37,586 bases of DNA from contig JBKHCQ010000002.1 in assembly GCA_046541755.1 (NCBI GenBank), positions 1 to 37,586 on the forward strand, written 5' to 3'. The DNA is from Anaerolineales bacterium. GTDB lineage: Bacteria > Chloroflexota > Anaerolineae > B4-G1 > SLSP01. Positions 31,746 to 37,586 of this stretch are shown here, piece by piece. Below the pieces are notes generated by a model. That model ran no database searches. It was not told where the DNA came from and saw only the letters and a program-made list of their open reading frames with translations. Positions within the stretch are counted from its first letter, which is position 1. Each line of letters opens with the position of its first letter. Position numbers and translations under genes: made by a program.

Positions 31746-32381
31746 TTACTCCTCTGGCGTATACCTCCGGCCCGGCCAGGGGAGGAAGCGCGGTACCTGC
31801 TCCCGATAGACCTCGTAATCCGCGCCGAACTCATGATGCAGGACGCGCTCCTCCTGGATCGAGCTAATGATGAAGTAGAGGGTAATGAGGATATTCAACA
31901 CGAAGACGCCGTAGGTCATCACCGGCGTTAGCCACAACACCAGCGCGGCGAAAAGATAGAGCGGATGTCGGATATAGCGAAAGAAGCCGCGCACTTGGAA
32001 CTTCCCCCTCTCTTGTGAAGCTTGCGGATGCTCGGCCAGGGCCTGCGCGACGCCCAGAAAGTGCGCGATCCCCGCCTGCCACGTCGCGATCACCAACGCG
32101 ATCCCGGCGGCAATCTGGCCAGCGAGCATCGCGGCGCGCCAGGGCATCGGCACGGCGTAGAGGATGCGAATCGGGGAGACCGCCAGCAAACCCAGCAACG
32201 GCGCCAGCGTCGCCACGCTGATGAGCACGAAGAGCAGCCGATACCACCGATGAAACGCCTCGCCGAAGAGCTTCGCGCACCCACGCTTCACCATCAAGCT
32301 GGCCAGCGCGCTGTGCAACAGCGCCCATCCGATAAAATAGGCCGCCAGCGGCCACAGACGCAACCACGTCGTAAGGTTCAA
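31746..32381 (-). CDS. Isoprenylcysteine carboxyl methyltransferase (ICMT/PEMT) family membrane protein
   Basis: 211 aa, TTG start with GGAGGA 4 nt upstream (start uncertain). Motif GFFRYIRHPLYLFAALVLW...EERVLHHEFGADYEVYREQVPRFLP is typical of the family. Confidence 0.75.
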   Translation of the reverse strand: MNLTTWLRLWPLAAYFIGWALLHSALASLMVKRGCAKLFGEAFHRWYRLLFVLISVATLAPLLGLLAVSPIRILYAVPMPWRAAMLAGQIAAGIALVIATWQAGIAHFLGVAQALAEHPQASQERGKFQVRGFFRYIRHPLYLFAALVLWLTPVMTYGVFVLNILITLYFIISSIQEERVLHHEFGADYEVYREQVPRFLPWPGRRYTPEE

Positions 32382-32413
32382 TGTTCCTCCATTCGTCTCA
32401 CCATCCGTTACAT

Positions 32414-33679
32414 CTACAGCAACAAGATCGCCGCCGCGCCCGTGATGAGGAGCAAAACCATGCCGGGTAACAACGCGCGCCGCAACTCCGAGGAGCCGGT
32501 CGTCAGCGCAAAGCCGCCTTTGAACAACGTATTCGCCAGCGCCGCGATCATAATCGCGTCGGAGGCCACGGCCCTCGAGACGCCGCCGTTCTGCGCCCGC
32601 ACCAGATCAACGACCGAGAGCGTAATCGCGTCCACATCCGCCAATCCAGAGACCAGGCTGGAAAGGTAGATACCGGTGTTGCCAAAGTAGACCTGGGCCG
32701 CCTTGGAGATCAGCAAGACCACCGCGTACACCAATCCAAATTTGATGGCCGGCCCTAACTCGAACGGGTTGGTGAACTCCATATCATGCTGCTCCTCGGT
32801 CGGGTGAATGAGATAGAGGTAGCCGGCATAGGCGCCGCCGGCGGCCAGACAGAGCAGCATCGGCCAGAGCAAGAGACGCCCCAGAGCTGGCTCTAATGTA
32901 AAAACCACTACGATCACCCGCACGAACATCACCGCCCACGCAATGATGATGGCCAGCGAAAGGGGTTTCGCCAGCGCCTCGTTTTGGTTGCTGCGCTGAG
33001 CGAAACTCAGCGTGACCGCCGTGCTGGAGGCAATCCCGCCCAACAGCCCCGTCAGCCCGATACCGCGCCGCGTTCCGACGACCTTCATCAGTACAAAGCC
33101 CGAAAAGCTGATGCCGGAGATGAAGACGACCATCAGCCAGATATTATAGGGATTGAGCACATCGAAGGGCGGCGGCCCATAGCTCTGATCCGGGAGCACC
33201 GGCAGGACAATGGCGCTGACCACGGCGAACTTGAGCGTCGCATAGATATCCTCGCGGGTCAACAGGCTGGCGAAGCGATGGGTCTCCGGCTTGACGGAGA
33301 GCAGTACCGTCATCACGACGCCGAGCGCGACGGAGAGCGCGATGTGTTCCCAGTAACAGAGCGCGCCCACAACAAAGGTCAACAGCGTTGCGATCTCCGT
33401 CGTCACGCCGCCCTCACCATCCAAAGCGTTGACGTAATAAGCCACCGAGGCCAAAATCCCCAACAACGCCGCGATGACGGGCAAAGTCCAACTCGATCCC
33501 GAAACATCGGCCAACATCGCCGCGCTGCATCCCAGCACGCTGATCAAAGAGAAGGTGCGCACCCCGGCGAAAATCTCCTTATCCGAGGCCTTCGAGACAT
33601 GTTCCCGCTGAAGGCCCACCAAAAAGCCGATGACTAAGGCAATTCCAAAGCGATAAAATATATCCGTGTGTTGTGGCAT
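32414..33679 (-). CDS. MgtC/SapB family membrane protein with DUF4010-like C-terminal half
   Basis: 421 aa, polytopic. N-terminus FYRFGIALVIGFLVGLQRE...AGVRTFSLISVLG is typical of MgtC. Confidence 0.75.
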   Translation of the reverse strand: MPQHTDIFYRFGIALVIGFLVGLQREHVSKASDKEIFAGVRTFSLISVLGCSAAMLADVSGSSWTLPVIAALLGILASVAYYVNALDGEGGVTTEIATLLTFVVGALCYWEHIALSVALGVVMTVLLSVKPETHRFASLLTREDIYATLKFAVVSAIVLPVLPDQSYGPPPFDVLNPYNIWLMVVFISGISFSGFVLMKVVGTRRGIGLTGLLGGIASSTAVTLSFAQRSNQNEALAKPLSLAIIIAWAVMFVRVIVVVFTLEPALGRLLLWPMLLCLAAGGAYAGYLYLIHPTEEQHDMEFTNPFELGPAIKFGLVYAVVLLISKAAQVYFGNTGIYLSSLVSGLADVDAITLSVVDLVRAQNGGVSRAVASDAIMIAALANTLFKGGFALTTGSSELRRALLPGMVLLLITGAAAILLL

Positions 33680-33710
33680 ACGCCTATTCTCTCTCCTCTC
33701 TTAAACTCAA

Positions 33711-34559
33711 TTAGGCTGGATGACTTTGCCGCGCGACGATATCGCCGACCTCGGCGCCAATATCTTGGGCGATCACGGGGCATTTGATCTGCAACAGGCA
33801 AAAGACCTTGGGATCGGCCGTGCTCAAGGTCTCGTAGTTCGCCTGCCCCTTGGCGATCACGACCGGCGCCGATGCGAATAGAGATTGAAACGTCGGGGAA
33901 CAGAGATCCAAGATCGTTCCCGGCGCATCGACGCCCGTATCGACTAACGTCGCGACCTCGTCCAGGCCGGCCGCGCGCGCATCCGCCAGCGTCGCGTCGT
34001 TCAAGATCGGCCCGCCCTTGACGGCGTAGGTCACAGGCACATCCAATGTCTCCACCAGCACCCGGTCGAAGACCGTCTCGCCCGCGTTATCGGCCAGAAA
34101 GAGCACGAACTCCGCCTCCGCCAGCGTCGCGAACAGCCCCGGCCGGTCATCGATGGCGAAGGGCTGCTCCAACACCCGCGTGAGCGATTCCCACAAATCG
34201 TAATCATCCGCCACCGCCAGATCGATGATGTTGCCCGCGATGCTCAATCGAATGGCTGTCTCCAAGGGATGCTCACTCGCAGCCAGTTGAGAGACGAGTT
34301 GCGGATAGAGCGTCAGCGCCTGGCGGGTGCTCGCGTCCTTGGCCTCGCGGTAGGGATCCTCCGCCTCGACCTCTGCGCGCACGATGTGATGGACGTGATA
34401 GGCGATCTCCGGCGGCGTCGCGCCGGTGGGAATATCGCGCAGCAGATCCAATACTTCCACCATCACCGTCTCTATCTGTTCCTCGTCGGCATCGACGTGA
34501 CGGGCGGCGCTCAGCGCCTGGCGCAAAAAGCAGGGGTAGCAATCGAAGTACGTGCGCAT
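33711..34559 (-). CDS. DUF89 / ARMT1-like damage-control phosphatase family protein
   Basis: Track ORF trimmed to ATG 34559 (TGATG junction with the upstream stop). Motifs YFDCYPCFLRQAL, FLADNAGETVFD and IAKGQANYETL. Confidence 0.75.
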   Translation of the reverse strand: MRTYFDCYPCFLRQALSAARHVDADEEQIETVMVEVLDLLRDIPTGATPPEIAYHVHHIVRAEVEAEDPYREAKDASTRQALTLYPQLVSQLAASEHPLETAIRLSIAGNIIDLAVADDYDLWESLTRVLEQPFAIDDRPGLFATLAEAEFVLFLADNAGETVFDRVLVETLDVPVTYAVKGGPILNDATLADARAAGLDEVATLVDTGVDAPGTILDLCSPTFQSLFASAPVVIAKGQANYETLSTADPKVFCLLQIKCPVIAQDIGAEVGDIVARQSHPA

Positions 34560-34954
34560 CACAGCACCTCCGCCCAATCCTCATCCAAAAAACGCTGAAT
34601 CTCCAGCAGATATCCATTCGGATCGCGCAGGAAACAGTGGTAAATACCATAGGTCTCGTTGATGGCGGGCGCCTTCTCAAACGGCACGCCCCGCGCGCGC
34701 AGATGCTCGTACCAGCCATCGACCTCGGGCGTGACCAGCGTGAAGATCACACCCCGCGCCTCCTCCGGCGTCGTCGGCGCCGACGCGCGCTCGCAAAAGC
34801 CCACGTAGGCCGCATCCGCCACGCGATAAATCCGGCAACTGCCCTGATCCACCACCAGCGGCAGGCCCATCACCTCTTCGTAAAAACGCGCCGTCGTCGC
34901 CAAATCGCGCGTCGTGAGAAACGTAATCTGTTCCGTTACAGGTAATGACGTCAT
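34559..34954 (-). CDS. VOC (glyoxalase/bleomycin-resistance/dioxygenase) family protein
   Basis: 131 aa. ATG 34954 with GAGGAGG upstream. Motifs ITFLTTRDLATTARFYEEVMGLPLV... and YHCFLRDPNGYLLEIQ. Confidence 0.75.
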   Translation of the reverse strand: MTSLPVTEQITFLTTRDLATTARFYEEVMGLPLVVDQGSCRIYRVADAAYVGFCERASAPTTPEEARGVIFTLVTPEVDGWYEHLRARGVPFEKAPAINETYGIYHCFLRDPNGYLLEIQRFLDEDWAEVL

Positions 34955-34971
34955 TTAATCTACCTCCTCAC

Positions 34972-35072
34972 ACCCTTGCGAAGGTTCCGCGACACCTCCG
35001 ATAGCGGCGGCATCCGCAATCGAAACGGCAAAAACTGGGATACAAGCATCCCGGCGCAACCTTCGCAAGGTT
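34972..35072. promoter_or_regulatory. Pair of 15-bp 6-3-6 palindromes (ACCCTTgcgAAGGTT / AACCTTcgcAAGGTT), 86 bp centre to centre, upstream of the VOC operon
   Basis: Sites at 34972-34986 and 35058-35072, read directly. Each is self-complementary and they complement each other (13-bp long-range stem possible). An inner hairpin GGGAT-n6-ATCCC lies between them. Confidence 0.5.
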
Positions 35073-35079
35073 AACTTCC

Positions 35080-35111
35080 AGAAAAAGATAGCCTGGGTCA
35101 ATCCCAGGCTA
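35080..35111 (-). terminator. Rho-independent terminator after udp
   Basis: Minus strand: TAGCCTGGG-attga-CCCAGGCTA followed by TCTTTTTCT. Lies 56 nt after stop 35167. Confidence 0.8.
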
Positions 35112-35166
35112 CTATCGATACATCTATAACTCGATGGGCATCTAGTTTTTCGCTGAGGCCAACGCC

Positions 35167-35925
35167 TCATTCGCCGCGATCTTGGCGGATGAGGATTTTC
35201 AGCGCTTCGATGGCCGTCCGGATGGCGCGGTCGCCGTGGAAGAGGCGCTTGCCCTCTTCCGTCTTCGGCAAGCCCTTGTCCTTCCCCACCATCATCATCA
35301 CGCCACCCGCGCGCTTGCGGTGGATGCCGGCGATGATGAAGATCGCCGCCGCCTCCATCTCGGAGCAGATGGCGCCGCCCTGCACCCACGCCTCCCAGCG
35401 CGCGCTGAGCTGGTCCGAAAGCGGCATCCGCTCCTTCTCGGTCTCGCCGTAGAAGGAATCCTTCGAGTGGGAAACGCCGGTGCGGAACGGCAACTCCAAG
35501 TTGATGGCGGCCTGGCGCAACGCCTGCACCACGGCGGGATCGGCGACCGCCGGGAATTCGAGGGGGAGATAGTGCTGCGTCGTGCCCTCATCGCGGATGG
35601 CCGCCGTCACCACCGCGATCTCGCCGGTCTCCGTGCCGGGCTGCATCCCGCCGGAGGTCCCCACGCGGATAAAGGTATCCGCGCCGATCTTGATCAACTC
35701 CTCCACAGCAATCGCGGTGGAGGGACAGCCGATGCCGGTGGAGACCACGGCGACCTTTTCCCCCAACAGCGCGCCGGTGTAGGTCGTGTACTCGCGGTTT
35801 TGGGCGATTTTCTGGGGATCATCGAAGAACGCCGCGATTTTCTCGCAGCGCCCCGGATCGCCGGGCAGCAGGACATACCGCCCAACATCTCCCTCTTTTA
35901 ATTGAATGTGGTATTGGATAGACAT
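35167..35925 (-). CDS. udp: Uridine phosphorylase (PNP_UDP_1 family)
   Basis: 252 aa. Motifs LLPGDPGRCEKIAAFFD, VVSTGIGCPSTAIAVEELIKIG, LEFPAVAD and SEMEAAAIF closely parallel E. coli Udp as I recall it. AAGGGAG RBS. Confidence 0.85.
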   Translation of the reverse strand: MSIQYHIQLKEGDVGRYVLLPGDPGRCEKIAAFFDDPQKIAQNREYTTYTGALLGEKVAVVSTGIGCPSTAIAVEELIKIGADTFIRVGTSGGMQPGTETGEIAVVTAAIRDEGTTQHYLPLEFPAVADPAVVQALRQAAINLELPFRTGVSHSKDSFYGETEKERMPLSDQLSARWEAWVQGGAICSEMEAAAIFIIAGIHRKRAGGVMMMVGKDKGLPKTEEGKRLFHGDRAIRTAIEALKILIRQDRGE

Positions 35926-35943
35926 CTTCGCTCCCTTTATCTA

Positions 35944-35999
35944 GTTGCTGGTTGCTGGTTGCTGGTTGCTGGTTGCTGGTTGCTGGTTGCTGGTTGCTG
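35944..35999. repeat. Perfect heptanucleotide tandem repeat (gttgctg)x8; minus strand (CAGCAAC)x8
   Basis: Read directly. Lies between the cyclase stop (36022) and the udp RBS/start (35925). Confidence 0.95.
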
Positions 36000-36021
36000 G
36001 CTTGAGGCCGCCCCCGCAAGC

Positions 36022-37110
36022 TCACTTCGACCGGCCCAGGCGATCCAAAAAGCCCAGTAGGCCGGAGCGGTGTTGCACCTCGCGGGGGTATAGCTCCACG
36101 CGATAGGCCATAATAGGATCATCTAAACCGCGCACTTGGGAGGCGAATTCGCGGATGCGATAGCCCATCAGGCGCGCGGGCACCTCCGGTTGCGCGTAGC
36201 TCGCCTCCGTGAGCACGATTTCCTCGCCGCGCGCCAAGTTGCTCACGCGCGAGGCGGTGTTGACCGTCGTCCCGAAATAGTCCAGGCGATTGTTCAACGT
36301 CACCACGATGGCCGGGCCGGTGTGAATGCCGATCTTCAAGCGGAGGCAACGATCATCGTCCAGCCCTTTCGCCTCATTGAACTCCCGCAGCATCCGGTTG
36401 ACGCGCAGCGACGCATCGACCGCGTCGACCGTGTGCGAGAAGACGCCCATCACACCGTCGCCCATCGTCTTGACGATGGCGCCCTCGGCCCCTTGGACGG
36501 CCTCGCCCACCAGTCCAAAGTGCTCGCGCACCAACTGGTAGGCGAAGGGATCGCCGTTGCGGGCGTAGAGCGCCGTGCTCCCGGTGAGATCGGAGAACCA
36601 GATCGTCATCTGGCTGACCTCCAGGTGCTCATCGGGCGCGAGCGGCTCATTCTGCGCCCAATCTCGAAAGCGCTGGATGGTCATCAACTCATGCACTGTG
36701 GTCGGCCCGTACTGCTGGCGCACCTGGGCGCGATAGTCGGGATCATCCGCCGCCTCGTCCAAATCGCGGATATTCGGGTGCGGCGAGAAGGTCACCTGCG
36801 CCTCGTGATCCACGTGGACGGTGAAATCGGCCCCGCACGCGCCGCACGTCGTATCCGTGATCGCCGTCTGGAACACATCGCCAATCTCCGCGAAGGCATT
36901 GCAGAACGGACACTCCAACTCCCAATGCATCTTCGCCGCGCCATCGAACATCAATCCCACCAGAGCCTCCAGCGCGATCCGCTGCGGGATCTCCAACGCA
37001 TCCGCCACATGCTTGGGGAGGGCATGGTAGACATCGCGCGGCGCGGCCTCCAACAGATACGACCGCACTCTCTCGTAAGGTAAAACGCGACTGCTGGGAG
37101 CTTCGGCCAT
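36022..37110 (-). CDS. Class III adenylate/guanylate cyclase with N-terminal CxxC...CxxC zinc-ribbon-like domain
   Basis: Track ORF trimmed to ATG 37110 (AAGGAGG upstream). Cyclase core TIWFSDLTGSTALY...KTMGDGVMGVF...LKIGIHTGPAIV...DYFGTTVNTASRV. N-terminal ECPFCNAF...TTCGACGADF. Confidence 0.85.
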   Translation of the reverse strand: MAEAPSSRVLPYERVRSYLLEAAPRDVYHALPKHVADALEIPQRIALEALVGLMFDGAAKMHWELECPFCNAFAEIGDVFQTAITDTTCGACGADFTVHVDHEAQVTFSPHPNIRDLDEAADDPDYRAQVRQQYGPTTVHELMTIQRFRDWAQNEPLAPDEHLEVSQMTIWFSDLTGSTALYARNGDPFAYQLVREHFGLVGEAVQGAEGAIVKTMGDGVMGVFSHTVDAVDASLRVNRMLREFNEAKGLDDDRCLRLKIGIHTGPAIVVTLNNRLDYFGTTVNTASRVSNLARGEEIVLTEASYAQPEVPARLMGYRIREFASQVRGLDDPIMAYRVELYPREVQHRSGLLGFLDRLGRSK

Positions 37111-37162
37111 CTCGCCTCCTTTTCGGGATAAACCGACCAACGCCCGACTCATTTGTCTTCTA

Positions 37163-37191
37163 AGTATAGTTGAAACTCCAACCTCCGTCAA
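37163..37191 (-). promoter_or_regulatory. Candidate sigma70-type promoter TTGACG-N17-TATACT for the cyclase gene
   Basis: Minus strand: TTGACG (37186-37191), 17-nt spacer, TATACT (37163-37168). Lies ~50 nt upstream of ATG 37110. Confidence 0.5.
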
Positions 37192-37207
37192 CGAACCAAC
37201 ACGCAAA

Positions 37208-37299
37208 GCCTGCGCCTGCGGATGAATCGCAGGCTAAAAGCTGAAGTCGGCTAAAGACCGACTGAAAGCCAGAAATCCACGTGGAAATCGAGTCAACTT
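37208..37299 (+). repeat. Multi-hairpin dispersed repeat, family 1, copy C (left half only, truncated at the central palindrome)
   Basis: GCCTGCGCCTGCGGATGAATCGCAGGCTAAAAGCTGAAGTCGGCTAAAGACCGACTGAAAG..AATCCACGTGGAAATCGAGTCAACTT matches copies A and B up to the loop of the AGTCAAC/GTTGACT hairpin, then diverges. Confidence 0.8.
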
Positions 37300-37310
37300 A
37301 TGAAGATTAA

Positions 37311-37488
37311 GAAAATAATCCGGTAATAGGAGAGTGTTTATAATTCACCGCCCGGACGTAAACATCCAAGCTCAAAGGGCAAAGCCTCCTTCGGAGGCTG
37401 AATCTACGAGCCTGCAAGGCTTTGTTCTTTTAGCGCGGGGACTTCCATCCCCGCGCGAAGAAGGCAAAATTATTACCGAATTAATTTT
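37311..37488. mobile_element. Possible MITE-like insertion bounded by imperfect 18-bp inverted repeats
   Basis: Left arm gaaaataatccggtaata (37311-37328) versus the reverse complement of tattaccgaattaatttt (37471-37488): 15 of 18 match by my count. AT-rich ends. The interior has GC hairpins GCCTCC-ttcg-GGAGGC and GCGCGGGGA-n6-TCCCCGCGC. Lies next to the break point of family-1 copy C. Confidence 0.3.
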
Positions 37489-37586
37489 TTATATCTGTTT
37501 AGTCTCGTGAGTGGATGTTCCCAGAACTTCAAAAAAAGCTCTCAGTCCCCGTCCCCGGGGACGTTGACAAAGCACCTGCGATCTGC

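Noticed and set aside
34955-35389. 144-aa minus-strand ORF overlapping udp
   Set aside because: It is out of frame with the well-supported udp gene and extends through the udp terminator and the palindrome region. The translation is Arg/Gly-rich.
35819-36122. ORFs translating the heptamer array (…QQPATSNQQPATSNQQ…)
   Set aside because: The periodic peptide is a by-product of the 7-nt DNA repeat read in rotating frames. The ORFs overlap the udp start or the cyclase end and have no RBS.
36136-37083. 315-aa plus-strand ORF, and similar ones at 26008-26808, 7581-8318, 35182-35901, 32984-33637, 16049-16651 and 6187-6750
   Set aside because: Each is antisense to a minus-strand gene with clear family motifs. 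None has an RBS or recognisable domains.

Overview
GC-rich bacterial chromosomal window. Every gene I can support is on the minus strand; the long plus-strand ORFs in the track are antisense shadows. Reading the minus strand 5'->3' (high to low coordinates): (1) a class III adenylate cyclase and uridine phosphorylase (37110-35167); (2) a four-gene unit of VOC, DUF89, MgtC/DUF4010 and an ICMT-type methyltransferase (34954-31746), closed by a clean intrinsic terminator; (3) a ~25 kb extracellular-polysaccharide (EPS) locus (30885-5692); (4) a giant secreted adhesin-like gene that runs off the left edge (5411-1). The EPS locus is Wzx/Wzy-type: initiating sugar transferase, flippase, O-antigen-ligase/Wzy-like polymerase, four GT-B glycosyltransferases and three NodB deacetylases. 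It also carries two components foreign to the textbook pathway. One is a Wzz/PCP co-polymerase whose cytoplasmic domain is a degenerate GGDEF domain with an intact RxxD I-site, so a predicted c-di-GMP receptor. The other, directly downstream, is a two-module BcsB-like protein. No BcsA-type synthase and no BY-kinase is visible in the window. Further downstream lie a ~23-coil beta-helix protein and an acylation module (FemAB-like, GNAT, two CapK/PaaK-like adenylating enzymes). Intergenic DNA is unusually repeat-rich. There are three dispersed repeat families; one is a ~220-bp multi-hairpin element present as an inverted pair bracketing the EPS core, plus a truncated third copy. There are also four short tandem arrays (14-mer x4, 11-mer x3, 10-mer x4, 7-mer x8) at regulatory positions. 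No rRNA, tRNA or CRISPR array was seen. All family assignments come from motif recognition by eye, not database searches.
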